From Vicugna vicugna (Eukaryota): 64,000 bases of DNA. Location: contig MU058384.1 of NCBI GenBank assembly GCA_013265495.1, positions 1,737,690 through 1,801,689 of the forward strand, read 5' to 3'. The translations under genes were made by a program, and so were the position numbers. The notes under the pieces were generated by a model, which had not been told where the DNA came from, searched no databases, and saw nothing but the letters and a program-made list of their open reading frames with translations. Within the stretch, counting starts at the first letter, position 1. Each line of letters begins with the position of its first letter. This document shows positions 38,738 to 53,300 of this stretch, in pieces.

Positions 38738-39800
38738 GCTTAATTCAATTGACATTTATTAAAACAGTACAGACTAAATAGAAAACAAAGAGAAGATGCA
38801 ATCATTGCCTCACGAAACTCCAACCTACCCTAGCTGCACAAGACAATAAAGAAGCAAGTTGGTGCAATACAAAGTCGTGCATGCTTATTGCTGGCAAGAG
38901 TCCCAGAATGAGGCCCTAGTCCAATTCAGGGAGAATCAAGGGAAGCTTCTCTGAAGAAGTATGCCCAAAAGAATCCTGAAAGGTGGAGAGTAATTTTCCA
39001 GGTGGACATGGCAGAGGAATAATGATGGCAGAGACCATCATGGAACACATGACATTTTGGTGAGGCTAGTGTGAAGTGTCTACGTTGGGCAGTGGCAGGA
39101 AAGGAGACTGAGTAAAGATAAAACTAGAAAGTAGGTGAAGGTAAGGACCTTGAAAGGCTTGAAGTGATTGGTAGGGTAACAATACATACTGTATTTCCCA
39201 GGTAAATCTGGTTTATACCTGTGGCCCCAGTGTAATTATTAATAGTGCCCCTTGCACTCTCAAAGGTGTCCCAAATTGATTGGTAAGTTTTATGGTCTTC
39301 CTAGTGATTGGAAGCCAGTGACCCTAGGGATTCAAATATAAATAAAACCTGACTCCTGCTCTCAAAGGGTCCATGAAAATGGAAGAGGCAGACAGAGAAA
39401 GAGCTAGTTATAGTACAAATCAAAAGGTAACATATGCTATAATATAAGAATGAGTATACATACTCAGAAGTGATGACATTGGAACAGAGCTTTGGGGGAT
39501 GAGTGCAAAGTGAACAGGAAGGCAAAACCGTTCTAAGCATGAAAGATCACACCATGCTGGAAAAAGGCGAGCATTCAAGGAGGTTGGGTGGGAAGAAACC
39601 TCAGTGGCTCTGGTGGCTGTTGAAGCTGAAATGTTAGCCTTGAACACCAATTGTCCAGGGCCTAGAATATCACATCAAGGAATTTGGAGCTGAAAATGTC
39701 AGCAATGAGGAGCCTTCAAAGATTCCTATCAGAGGACCCACAGGATCCAACTTGGCTTTTGAACTGAAAACCCCAGCTTCTCTATGGACGATGAACTGGA
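38738..39800 (-). mobile_element. L2 fragments
   Basis: Reverse L2 3' end TTAATTCAATTGACATTTATTAA followed by a purine-rich body (ATCAAGGGAAGCTTCTCTGAAGAAG). Confidence 0.55.
39172..39303. mobile_element. MER94-like hAT-Blackjack MITE with 8-bp TSD
   Basis: Termini TAGGGTAACAATA / TATGGTCTTCCTA flanked by a perfect GTGATTGG duplication (39164-39171, 39304-39311). Confidence 0.85.
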
Positions 39801-41109
39801 GCAAGGAGATAGATGATGGCTGCACTTCAAATGGAACAGAATTCATGGCTGCAGATAACAGAGCATGACTGCCATCTTATATGAAGCTTGATTACTATCA
39901 CTCTGGGCGTCCAGAAATAAAGAAGAGAGTAAATGTATCTATGGATGACATTCAAGGAATGGAAGAATATTTACAACCCTAGGAAGATGTGTCAGCCAAA
40001 CAGTACAAGGGATTGAGGAGATATTACAAAAGGTTTGATGAGTTTACTACTCCAAAGGTTATGGCAATGTTTATACACTATAAATTTTATAATAAATCAT
40101 AAGACCAAATGAGTCCATGGAAAGGTTTGTGACAGAGTCAGAACTACTAATGAAGGAACTTTTGCCTTCACTGACAAGAATGAATAATTTATAATAATGG
40201 TGTATTCCAGACCAAGTCAGTGAGAAGTCTAACAAATTGAAGATTTGGATTTTATTTCAATAAAGTAGCCTGCTGGCAGTTTTTATAACCAAAATAGGCT
40301 GGCCAGAAGCCATAAGAAAGAGAGACAAACTCATTTCTCTCTTTTGCTCTCCTATTTTTTATTCTCTCTCTCTCTGGGAAGACAGTAATGATACAATCTT
40401 TGAAAAGAACACCAATTCAATTCAGTATTAAATCCGATGATCAATGAACAGCAATTAAAGAAACCAGATCACTCTCACATTCAACTGTCAACGGAGAGGT
40501 TTAAAAAATGTTCACTAGAGAAGCCATATTAGCTCAATCATAAGGTAATTTCCTCAGCTTTCTGAAAAGGGGATTCTGTGCAGACCAGAAGATCATGGGC
40601 TACATGAGTCCATTAACTAAGCAGAGACTTCCTCCTATTTGTGAAGGATCACAAAGGATCACCAAAAGGAATCACTTTTTATTTGAATTCCTCCCCTTAT
40701 GATTCCAATTTTTGAGAAATTTCTTCCACTAAACAAGCAGTTTTTAAGTCACAGATAACTTATTTTCCTACTGTTTTATTAATCACACAGAGACTTTCCT
40801 GCCAATCAGAGTTTCTGATCACTAGGAGAAAATCTCTGTTACCACACCAAGTTGATATGATTTTAGCCAAAAGCAAAGAAACTTGACATTTTATTTGGCC
40901 TGGAGGGACTTATCTCAGGTTAATGAAATGCTTTCTGTTAGCATTTTTGAAATATTGAAAATACCTCAAGGAGTCCATTAAAATCTTCAAGAACTCTGAG
41001 TGATGTAGAAACCTTTTGACAGGGAACTTGTGCATCACAGAACAGAGTTTCAAAGAGTGATTGAGAATAAACAAATCTAGTATACATCATACTCCCCCAT
41101 CACCTATAC

Positions 41110-42000
41110 ACTCATTCTGTTTGACAAGAATTTATTGATCACCAACTAGTCATATATTAGGCACTGAAGCAGACACTGCAGATACAAAGACAAAATTCCT
41201 TGCCTTCAAAAAACTCACAATCTAGTCAGGGAAACAGAGATATAAATAAACCCAATACAACTGAATAAGTGTCTGTGCACACTAATTTGGTGCTATGACT
41301 ATAGAGGCATCACTTCCCAACTCTGCCTCAGGGAGCCAGGAAGGCTTCCAGAGGAGTTAGCAACTGAGATGAGATGTTACGGCGGAGAAGAAACCAGCCA
41401 GTTGAACAAATGGGATAGGCCTTTCCAGGAAATGGGAACAGCCAGAACTAGGCAGTCAGCAGGAGGAACAGTATTGTACACACATAGTAACACACACAGC
41501 GATAGACTGACGTCAGGTTGCCTGGGAGGGACTACCCTCCACCATTTAGAAGCTGGTGACTCCCACAAGTTACTTAACCCCTCTAAGCCTCCGTTTCCTC
41601 TGGAAAATAGGGACATCTGAGTTTTGGAGTCATTAAGAGGATCAAAGTGCATGCAAAGCATTTAGCTTCATACTTGGTACTCAATAACTAGTGCTTATGC
41701 ATGCTGGTTCCCCATTGCTCTAAGAAAACATATTGCTCTAAGAAAACATATTGATTGTGGGAGAGTACACTTGGGCAGGATGGCAGGGGCCAGGGCCTGA
41801 AGGATTTCACAACCATACTAAAAAGTTAGCATTGCCTTCTGCTGGTCTGTGAGGAATTTTAAGTGGAGATTAAGGAGTAACATGATGTAATTTTTATGTT
41901 AGAAAGATCACTTTGGCTATAGTGTGTAGGATGGACGGGAGAAATGGGAGACTTGGAAGCAGAGGGCTAATTGGAAACTTATCACAATGGCACCAAATAA
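41110..42000 (-). mobile_element. L2 fragment containing an oppositely oriented MIR (about 41520-41700)
   Basis: CATTCTGTTTGACAAGAATTTATTGA...AGGAAGGCTTCCAGAGGAG...AGAAAGATCACTTTGGCT, with MIR core AAGTTACTTAACCCCTCTAAGCCTCCGTTTCCTC. Confidence 0.7.
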
Positions 42001-44809
42001 GCTTAGTGTCACTAAATGGTAATAGTTATAACCGTGATTGACAAGATGGATCTGCTACAGGAAGAAAAACTTTAGTTTCACTCACTTACACCAGATCTAC
42101 AATATTCTGAGAAAATGTCTCTTCCTGAAGTGTTTGCTTTTCTCCTTAGACTCAAAGCATCTTTTGAATTGGCATAGCAACCCGTATTGGGACCGCCTTG
42201 TCAGCTCAACAAAGGGGAATGTATAGGAAGTCCTTTCTAAAGAGCCCCACACCTGTAAAAAGCCTCTTTGCCTTAAACGTGATGGCTTAACTAATGGGAT
42301 AAATAAACCCTCTTTGAAATGCAGAACAAGCTTAGAAGGAGACTCTGGGAAGTCGCATTTGATATGCATAAGCATCTTGAAAAATAGTTTCTTTCTCCTA
42401 GTCCCCACTTGGTGGAAGACAACACTGCAAGCCAGGCAAGAACACCAGCAGAGAGGGGTCTTCACAGCTTGGTCTCCACCCTCTGGCAGCTGGGCTTTGA
42501 GAAGAGTACATATTGCAAACCACCCTTTGCCAGAAATCTCAAACTCCAGGCTAACACCAGGCCACAAAGGGAGATGGGGAGTTTGAGAGCTATAAGCCAG
42601 AAAAAGCAGCCCACCAAAGCTAGGGGATCTTGAGGAAATGATGCAAAAGAAATTGTGCCCACTAGGATTACAACTCTACCATCAGTGTCGTGTTCCCCTT
42701 CCTATAAGAGGGTGTACTGCTAAAAAAGAATTGTTCTGGATAGATATGTAGAAAGGGAAAACCCAACAGCTTTAAATAAAAGCTCTTAGGCAAGGGGGTG
42801 GGGAAATGAGAGAGTACTTAGAGAGAAGGAAAGGACCTTAGTGCTGAAAGCAAAGTGTCAACTTTGAAGGTAGTGTGTTTTGCCCAAATGGTTTCTTCAC
42901 AGCCTGTGAACAAATAACTGAGATGCTTTCCCATACCCAAGATCACCAAGACGTGGTAACCTGGCTTTGGATTCATCTTACTGGCATTTATAAAGGCAGC
43001 TAGCTATGGAGTTAGAAGCAACCCACAGAGCAATTCCAGTCACATGTAAGGTCAAGGTACACAGCTCTGCGAGCAGTGCTGCCAGAGACAGCCTTGTACC
43101 GTCATCCCAACCCCCTCTGGAGTCCTTGGAAAGTCCTTCTGAAAAGTACTGTGAGAAAAAAAAATAAAATCCTAAAGTGCTAACTTTAGGAAAGCTGGCA
43201 ATTTTTGTGTCATTTTTAAAAAAAATCTTTATTTTTCCATGAAGGTTATTTTTCTACAATGGAAAAATTAATTTTTCTATGATTTTACTCCTCTAGAATG
43301 TATTTGCATCAGTTGCTTTCATTACAATCATATAAAATTTAATAGAAATCAGCTGCAAATTCATTGTACCCTATAATCTCCCCCTTGGTCTTCCTCAAAC
43401 TTCAGTAAAGCTTACTCTACATGCAAAAGAAAGAAAGAGTTATACACCTATATAATGTCAAAGGCACACAAAATCTATGGATGCAGAATCTGTCCTCGAA
43501 GAAGAATGCATAGAAATGTAACTGAAGAACAGTTACAAATAAGAGAAAGTTGGAAAAATAGCTAAAAGTGGTTATCCTTCTAATAAAGATAGGAAAGAAG
43601 AACTGGATTATTCAAGTCCAAAATGATCCACTATACTCTGTAGACAGTTTTTATTTCTGACATGTGCAACAAGAAACAAAGCAGAGAGAGGGAGAAATAC
43701 TCATGAATGGTTCAATCTGGAAGTATAAATAGGAGCTTTATCAAGGAGAGAGAAACAAACACATCAGAGGGTCATAGGTCAGATGTAAGAGATACGGTTT
43801 AATGAATAAAACTCAGATGTCCTGCATGATTGCTATGTTTCCCAAGTAGATGTTGATAGTAGATTTTTTTAAAGTATAAAACATGAAAATCTGGTCCCCA
43901 TGAAAGGAAAGATCCTTTGTATGCCGTGTACTCTGTGTATGTGTGTGTGTTTTATAAAGGACAAGGAGCAGACATGGTCCTTCTTCACAGGAGTTTAAGT
44001 TTAAAATGTGGCAGGATAGAAATTAAGAGACTGACAGTAAAAAACTTATGGGAGAAATATTCTAAGTGATATTATGGAAGGAGGCTGTCGAAGATTTCTC
44101 AGAGGAAGACTTCCTATGATCATCCTATCAAAAGTTACTGTGGCTGTTGAATACACAGCTAGAACATAGAAGTTCACCTCTTTGCCAGAGCTGTCTGTCA
44201 AAGACACACTAGTGGACAAAAAAATCATCTTAGTTTCATTTTTTTTAATAAAACTATTCTCTGGTGTTTGTTCTTATGTCATTTAATATCCCTTTTAGGA
44301 TAACTCACATGATAAATTCCTATCATAGCTGAGAGTAATTACAAAAAAAAAATTATCTTTCCTAATGAACAGGTAGTCCTTTTTTTATTTGACAATGAAA
44401 CCATGTTACACAACATATTTCTCCCTTTGCCTTGGCTACCAGGAAGCTCTGAGAAAACTTGCCACCCCCCACATTATCTATTGTTCTTATTCCTTTGATG
44501 TTTATCTTTTGCTGTTTTATTCTTGCATTACTTTCTTCTATCTTATTGTATCTTTTGAAAGCTGTTATCTCATTCAAAATTGGGACGTGAGGAGTAGAAG
44601 GAGGAAGGGGAATGAATATTTTCTTCCTCTCCATCTAGAATAATGCCCTTTGCTCAAAGTGGAGAAAGTAGGGATGAAAGGTCAAAGTATTTTGAAGTTG
44701 TTTTTCTGGATTTGGAGAAACAATAAACACAACCTTTGCTTTGCAAAACTTAACTTGTTCTGGAGTCATGTTCCACCTCACTGTCTTTTAAAGATTACAG
44801 ACAATAATA

Positions 44810-45020
44810 GAAAGCCTTTCAACTGTGGAGTCAGGCAGACTTCATCCGAAACCCCAGCTCTGTCACTTGGCAGCAGAGTGACTTGGGTCACATCACTTTA
44901 CTCTCTAGGCCTCAAATGATAATATCTTTTTAGCAGCGTTGATGTTGAAATTAAATAAAATGATGTATATGGAAGCAAATGCCATCTTATATGGCACACG
45001 GCAGGCACTCAGCAAGTGTA
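44810..45020 (+). mobile_element. MIR SINE
   Basis: TGGAGTCAGGCAGACT...CCCAGCTCTGTCACTT...GTGACTTGGG...TGGCACACGGCAGGCACTCAG. Confidence 0.75.
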
Positions 45021-45924
45021 GTCTCTCTCCTGTCTTTCTTTTTTTCTTTTATTTTCCCCAAGGGCACAGTCTTTTTCTATTTCTAAAACATTAGACACAA
45101 TGCTGCCTAAGGAGGAGAATTCAGTGTGGCAGTTGATGACAGCCAAAAGCCATCACCAAAGACTTCTTTTATTGTTTTTCTCCTTTAAAGCCTTTTTTTT
45201 TTTGGAGGGGGAGGAGGCAAGAGGGATCCCTAGGCAACTGAATAAGTTAAATATAATAATATGTAACTGCTAATCAGAGTTCCTGATCAACTTGAGGTAC
45301 TTACTGTTACCTATATTATTTGAAATAATTTAAGTCAAAAGCAAAACCTACTAAGCATTTTAAGTAGTCTGAGCAGCCTGAGGCCCACAGGCTTCAGAAG
45401 TACCGAAAGGCACTGGAATGTTTATCTCACTACCTGGCTGACTTGTAGGAGTCTGGACACCACTCGTACTGTGGCTGATGTCGCAGCTATGTCTGATGAA
45501 ATCTACTAGTCTTGAGATAAACTAACATCAAGGGCATCCCAGTCAAAAGATGTGGTCTTCACAGAGAATGAACTGTCTCCCCACGCCCTAGATGGGCTCC
45601 GCTTAGTCATCAGGTGGCGATACCCAGGTGGGAGTCACCCTACTGCAGCCTGATTCTTAGCTTTCAGGCACAGAAACACTATTTTTTAAGTGCTTAGTGG
45701 ACTCTGATATGACCTAACCAAAGTTAGGATATAATATATATTCATCCCTAGATTTATTAATTGTTAATGGGAAAGGAACATGCTTTTCCAGTGGCTGAAA
45801 TACTCCTGCCCACCAAATAGAGTGTCTTCTTGCATTTATCACCCTATCTGGACTCTTTTTTTTTTTAATATCTTACAATTTTATTTCTCAATTATATCTC
45901 AATAAAGCTGAAAGAAAAAGCTTT

Positions 45925-46625
45925 GAGAGGCATTTATGTAAATCTACATAGACCTAGCTAGCTTATTTCTTTCAACTGCTGTATAGTGTTCTATAGCATG
46001 GCTGTAGTGTATTTTATCCATTCCCTTCTTGTACACACATACAAGAGATTCTCCAAAGTATACACCTGGAGGGAGAACTGCTGACTTTTAGGGTACGGGC
46101 CTTCTGATATGATTGTACCAGTTTACTCCCTAGCAGCAATATTGGTTTGCTTCTCCCTATACTGAGCAACAAATTAGTATCAGACTTTTTAATCTCTCCC
46201 ACCTTATGAAAGTGAAATTAAATTCCACTGGTATTTTATTTTGAATTTCCCTGATTACTGTTGAACTTGAGCACCACCTCATATATTCATTAATCATTTG
46301 ATTCCCTGTGACTTACTGTGAATTGCTTGTTCATTTTTTGTCTACTTTCCTATTGGATGGTTTTGCCTTTTTTTTAATTAAATTGATAGCATTTTAAAAT
46401 ATATTTTACATGTTTTACATATTTTTGGGAATAATCCTTTGCCTATCCTCTATGTTACAAATATATTGTTCTAGTCTGCTATTTGTCTTTTAACATTACG
46501 ATCTCATTCGTCATTCAGAAGCAGCCTTTTCCTCTACAATTTATGCTTTTCTTGTATATTGCTTAAGAAGTTTTTTTCCTACTGAAAAATCTTAACAATA
46601 TTCCCTATACTTTCTTCTGGTTCTT
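45925..46625 (-). mobile_element. Old L1 (L1M-type) ORF2 3' fragment
   Basis: CCAGTTTACTCCCTAGCAGCA...TTTTATTTTGAATTTCCCTGATTACT...TTGAGCA. Confidence 0.7.
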
Positions 46626-48114
46626 ACAAGATGAATTATTTATCAGAAATTCCTTGGTAGACACGGAATCAGGGCAAGAAGAATGATCATGGAAGAGTGC
46701 TGACAAAGGCCACAGTAAAGCCAGTAAGCACCCCCCCCACACACACAGAGCAGAGGTCACTTCTCATGGAACCAAAACCTGTGTCTTTTGTGTCCAGGGC
46801 AGATAAACGCAGCAAAGTCTTACTCTTTAGATCCCACTTCATCTAGATGCAGTGCTGATCATCTGCCTTCAGTTAACACCTCTTCCTTCAGACAATTCAT
46901 TAGACAGGCTTTCACAGTTGATTCTAATCATTTGTGTTTTGTGGCTTTTTCAAAGTGGTTTCTTTGACTTAAGAGTGCCTCCCTGAGACTCACAGCCCGG
47001 TCATCTTGGTTAGATACAGGTGATCCCTGTTCTCCCCAAACGGGTGTAGACAGTCTTACAAGTTATTTCTCTAGATAGCTAATCTCAATCATTGTGTGTG
47101 CTCCTTTCTAGTTCCTCTCACTTTCAGAGGACAAACATCATGTCTATTTACACTTCAAAATTCCAGTGAAGCCTTACCTCACCTTTATGTTCTGAGAATT
47201 AAAAGAAATTTGTAATAAACAAGGGTGTTTGGGAAGAAAGGTGATCAAGTGGTCTCTCTGACACTGATAAAGGAACATAATTAACTTGTCAGTAAAATCC
47301 GTATTAGGCACTTACCTTTTTCAGATTCTATTTGCCCACTGAGCAGTCTTCCCACCCAAGCCAGAACTGTGATGTTGCTTCCAGGTGTTCCAGAATCCCA
47401 GTTATGGACCCTAATTTCTACCACATTTGCCTCTGGTACTCTTCAAACCAATGTTCTGCCTATCGTTAAGTAGTTCTCATGAAATAATCTAAAAGCAGAA
47501 CACAAGATATTATCAGAGAACTGGTTCTGCACCTTTTGTCTGAACAGGGGGCCTTTATCTTCCATCTGCTTCAGAGGAAACTCCTGGCCATCAGCACAAC
47601 CTACGTGTACACCCCGGCTCGAGTTCCGATAGGGGCTTGCCTTTCTAGAGCTTCCAGAGAGCTAAGAAGAATGCTAGCAGTCTCATGGTAGCAGTCTTTG
47701 GGCTGTACTGTGAGGGAAGCCTTCAGCTACCTGTAGCTTTCTGTAGTGCCAGCTGGTACACAGTTGATCCCTTCAGGTTTATTGGCAAGGCATAGGCAAC
47801 AGGGCATGAACTCCGCAGAACAGTTCAGACAATCTTGTGCAACTCTTTCTGGCTTGCTCTTGATTCCTTTTGTGTCCTTGGGCAAGTCATTTCACCTCCT
47901 TTAGTCTGAATTTCTGTAATCTCCAAATGAAATAGTTTGGACTGGATGGTTTTATGGGCCCTCCCATCTGTAACTTATTATTATTTCACGATTCTTATGA
48001 GTTTATTTCAAAAATTCCATTACCAGCATTCAAGGTGTGTCAAGAATCAGGCACATTTTTGCATATTTTATAGTCACAGTTTGTGTACCAACAACAAGAT
48101 AAACTCCTTAAAGA

Positions 48115-48658
48115 TTTTTTTAATTGAGAAATAATTGAAATATATCATTATATTAGTTTCAGGTGTACAACATAATGATTCGATATTTGTATATATTGTG
48201 AAATGATCACTACAATAGATCTAGTTAACATCCATCACCACACATTTACAATTTTTTTTCTTATAATGAGAACTTCCAAGATCTACTCTTTTAGAAACTT
48301 CCAAATACAGTATTAGTAACTAGAGTCACCATGCTATATATTACATCCCCAGGATTTATTTTATTTTAAAATTGGAAGTTTGTACCTTTTGATCATCTTC
48401 ATCCATTTTCACTTCCAGCACTCCTTCCCCACTCCTACCCCCCCAACACCCCCTCAACCACCAATCTGTTCAGTGAGTTGGAGGGTTTTTGGTTTCTTTC
48501 TTTGTTTTTAGATTCCACATAGTGCGAATCATACAGTATTTGTCTTTCTCCATCTGACTTATTTCATTTAGCATAATGCCCTCAAGGTCTATCCATGTGT
48601 CACAAATGGCAAAATTTCCTTGTTTTTTTATCCATTTGCCCATCGATGAACACTTTAG
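48115..48658 (-). mobile_element. 5'-truncated L1 3' end with 10-bp TSD
   Basis: ORF 48470(-) contains TWIDLEGIMLNEISQMEKDKYCMI. TAAAGATTTT occurs at both 48109-48118 and 48659-48668. Confidence 0.9.
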
Positions 48659-51600
48659 TAAAGATTTTGATGATCTTGGTAACTTCATGAATTTAAAGAA
48701 AACTGAAAACTTTCTTGCTTTAGCTGCCCAGGCCCTTTCACTTTTAGAAGCACAGCTACAACATGTTGAATCACTACCATCATGATTCAGTTGTACACTC
48801 TTGGTGGTAAAGGAGGTAGGGGGTCTCCAAAAGAGAACCACTAATGTTGATGATCAAAGAGCAGCAGATCAGGGTATCAAACCTCAGTGAACTCTTGTAG
48901 TACCTAAGCATACTTAGTAACTGTGAGAGCCACCTCCTACCAAAAAAATAAATAAACAAACATTTAAAAAGAAACCACACAAAACTCTTAAGAGTTTTGT
49001 AAAGCCAATCAATGAAGTTTGTTGTTTACCAAATTAATATATATCAGAACATAGTTTCTGTTCTCCATTTAATTTTAAGTCTATATTTGAATAGATAAGA
49101 GTTTCTGATCTATTTTTGAGCCTGTTTTATTTCCTGAGAATAATTTTACTTATTAAAATCTCTTCCCCCTGAATTAATATCCTTCTATCAGCCAAGTAAA
49201 GTGAAAAGGGAATAAGCTGGGGTATCATGCAAACCATGTTATGAATTCACACAGTACCAGGTATTAGGGCACAAAGAAAAATAAGTTATGATCCCCAGCC
49301 TGGAAATGTTTGTGATGGTGGCAGTGACAGAAAGGAGGTGACATGTAGGAAAACTGTGCTCTGTCAGAGCTAGCTGGATGAGTTTCACTTTGTGGGTTCC
49401 AATCTTGCATCTTTTATCTAATCACCTGAGATCTCAGATAACAGAGTCATCTAGTCTCATGAACTCTGGACTTTTTTCTTTATATCTGCATTAGCTTCTC
49501 CTATTTCCTTTGTAAGGAGATTTCCCTGTGAAGCAACAAAGACCATAGAAAGGACTACTCGTTGGTATTATCATGCTCTGGAACTTATGTCTAAATTACG
49601 ATTCCATAAAAAGCAAGCTTATGCTCCACCACTGCACCAGGTAATATGGGAACACATAAACACATTGCATGTGGGTTCACCTTCTGCTGGATCTACTTCT
49701 GTATTGTCCTCTTAAACGTAGAAAGAAAGAGGGATGAGGAGCTCCTACCCCCAGGCAAAGAACCGATTCTTTCTTAGAATTCTCTTCCTCCTGATAACAC
49801 ACTATGAAGGATCCATCAAACTAAAAAATACAGGCCAGTGGCTCAGAGAAGAACATACATTACTGGGGAGAACTTGGAATCTTGAGAAGGTGGTAAATGC
49901 AAGAAGGACTGAAGAAGTTTTGAAAATATAAACAATAATTACAAAAACACTCTTTCTAAATTATTTAGCATAGTATTTATGGAGAAATTTTTTAGAGAAT
50001 CCACAGAGAAGCAAACTAGAATATTGGAAAAGATTTTAATTTTTTTTAAGAGAAAGTTTTAAATTATATCTCAATTGCTTAACTGTAAGGGTTAGAGGAA
50101 TTAGAATTTTTAGCTTTATGATCACCACCTCTGAGTTGGGTATTTTGCATTGGGCATATGACACTGTGACACTGGGATAAGATAGAAGTGTGGTCCCTGC
50201 CATCATGAGGACAGTAATTACATAGTCACAAAATAAATGTGTAAATACATATTGCAAGAAAGACTGTGAAGGAAAATCACAAGGCATCATGTATAACAAG
50301 GGCCATAATGGAGGGCCTAATCCATCTGGAGCAAAACCGCAGTAAAGCTTCACAGGATGGCAAGGTATTATAAGACACCAGTAAGTAGGATTCTGATGAT
50401 TCTGAATTTCAAATTATTTCAACAGACCCACTGTAGTTGTAGCTTAGAGATAACAGGAGAGGAGAGGGGCTGAAGGATCAGCCATTGTACTTATGTCTTT
50501 CCTTTGGTGAAGACACCACAGACCAAAGCCTGGTCTTCAGCTGGGCTAGTCCATCCATCCAGAGCTGAACTGGCTCCCACATTCATTAGACCACAAGAGA
50601 CTGATGAAGAGCAGATTATTAATTTACCACAGGAGGTATGCCCTTCTAGTGTCTGGAATTCTTGTGGCTACTAATTCTCAAGGTACTCAGGAGGCCTAAG
50701 AAGCTGGGGCTTTCCTGCTAAGAATGTTGATCTTATCCTGTACATGTTTATGCTCCTTTATTTCACTCCCAGAAGATAATCTTATCTCAAAGTCATCCTG
50801 AGGGTGCTTCTTTGATGCCCCTACATACTGATTTCAGAAGCTAGGCTGCACATCAAATTAGTTTAGAAATCCCTTGCTCCCTACAAACTGATGGTATAAA
50901 CAAGATTGTTTAAAATACTTAAAAGAACTGAAGCACCTACAAGCATTCCAGAAAATATCATTTAAAATACAAATAATTCAAACACTAATACAAATCATTC
51001 TCATCTAGTTACTACACAGGCATGTGAATGAATGTAAGAAAATGATGAACCACCAAGTGAAAGAAGACTGAACCCACAACTTTGGAATCATATATTTATT
51101 TGATATTAGAAAGAAACCTATATTTTTAAAAGGAACTTGTTAACATTCATACTTCCCAGTAGCTTAGACTCTCCATTCCCTCCCCTGACCGTCAATCCAA
51201 ATTATTTATTATAATAAGTAATTATATGATCCAAAGTATTTATAATGATAAATACTGGACACCACCAATATCAGTTTTTTTCAACTGGAGTTCATGGACC
51301 CTTCATAGTCCTTAAAGAATTAGAGGGGAAGGGTCTCTTGTTCTCTTCAGGTACTCTTTAATTTCATGTTTTCATTTTGTTGGTAATTTTCAGTAAATTA
51401 TTACGAGCATATTGTGGATCATCCAAATAACCATCTTTCAATATTTGGATGTGTGATTATAATCGTGGAGGTGCCAAACCATACTCCTTTAAATGTTAAA
51501 TACTAATAAGAAAAGAATAGATGTGGCTTTAATATGTAAGTGATATCTTCACATCATATGAAAACTCAGTGAAGTCATGGTGCACTGTATACAAGGTTTT

Positions 51601-53169
51601 GCAGTGGTTCAAATACAGAATTTCACTGCATGGCAAGTCATAGCACCAGCTGGCCAAACTTGATAGGGAAAAAAAAAAGTATGCTGTAATTTTTGTTTCT
51701 AGATTCACACTGCAAAGGATGACTTAATCTTGTCAAAATCTGCCATGTAAATGCTGTTAATTTTGATTCTTATTGGTCCTCTAGTTTTATTTTTTATTTA
51801 GCATGCAAATGTGTTCTAGTATTTATAATGTGTTCCTAGTTGTATAGGAGCTATAAATGTTAAGTATGTCACACAGTGTTTTCTATTTTTCCATAGTTAA
51901 GAAATATAATAAAAATAATGTAAGTAAGCATTTGAGGCCTAAGAGATGTTCATCTTTAGAAAGAGGTCCATATATTACTCTTCAGAAATACTGATTCAAA
52001 CCAGAATTTTTCAATATTTCTATCCTGTGAATCCTCTTTGCTATTATTTCATGAACCACTTAAGCATTTTTAAGTCATTTTTAAACTTTTGTAAGGCGCA
52101 CAGAAAGAAGAGAGTTCACATAAAATATTATATTTTAGATAAATATATTATTGAAGTTTCTTTTGTGGAGTTTATTTTAACCTGATCTTCAATAATATTT
52201 ACTACAGAAAAATATAAAAACATATTTTTTCTTATGTAGTGGACTTCTATGATTTCTTCTGAATCAATTATTACAGTAAAGCATAACCTGTTGACAAATA
52301 CAAAATTGACAATATATTCTCTTTGGATTTTGTATTAAATGTATATTTAAATTAAATTGAAATATCAGAAATTAACAAAATACTTTCATTCCTTGATCCT
52401 CTTAGTTCTATCATTTTATACTTAAAAACCAACTAGGTTTTAAAAACTAATTTTTGTGTTGTTTATAACTAATGAGATAAAAGAAATAGTTTCAGGTTAT
52501 TATTTGTAAGCATAACTCCACTATTATTAAATGTGGCAGCTGAACTTTTATTTCCAATAAATTGAAGGCCAATTTAGGTATAGTCATCACTATACTTTCT
52601 CTTTCTAGCCCTGAGTTTTGAGTCCTAGAGTTACATATTTGTGCTATATAAGAATTTTCATTATATGAAGGTAACCCCAGCATGGTGTGAACACCATCTT
52701 AAGTCACTTGCAAAATAATTATCACAATGACATTTTTCATTGATTTATTTTATTCAGGACCATTTGTCTTCTATCTTAAAAAAATTCATATGTGAATGAG
52801 AATTAAAACAACTTCAAGTAGCAAAACAGTAAAAACCACCCCCCTGACAGGGCTACGTAGCAAGAGAGTAACTGAGTTAAGTGCATGTTGGTCAGATGTT
52901 CAATGTCTATCACTGGCTTAGCAGGCTCAGCACACTTTAGAGACCCTCAATCTTCCATTTTGAACTGCAAACATACTTTCAAATTATTTTGCTTCTCACT
53001 TTTTAAAAAGTAGAAATTGATACAGATTCTGTTACTGCCTGTTACAACCCTCTCACCTATAACACAGGATGCCAGTGATCTAAACCATTCAACACGTCTC
53101 TATCCTATTTCACTGAAGTCTTCATAAAGACTTGGTTCCCCCTGATAATCTGCTCTGGTGTTTTAAAAC

Positions 53170-53300
53170 CCTGATGTTTAGGAAGTCCTTTATGAGCAAG
53201 TCACTTAACCTCTCAGGACCTCAGATTTCTCATCTAGAAAATAAGGGAGTTTGTATAAGATTCTTTTTAAAGTCTCACCCCAAATTAGAATTCTGTGATT
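53170..53300 (+). mobile_element. MIR/MIR3 fragment
   Basis: GAGCAAGTCACTTAACCTCTCAGGACCTCAGATTTCTCATCTAGAAAAT. Confidence 0.65.
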
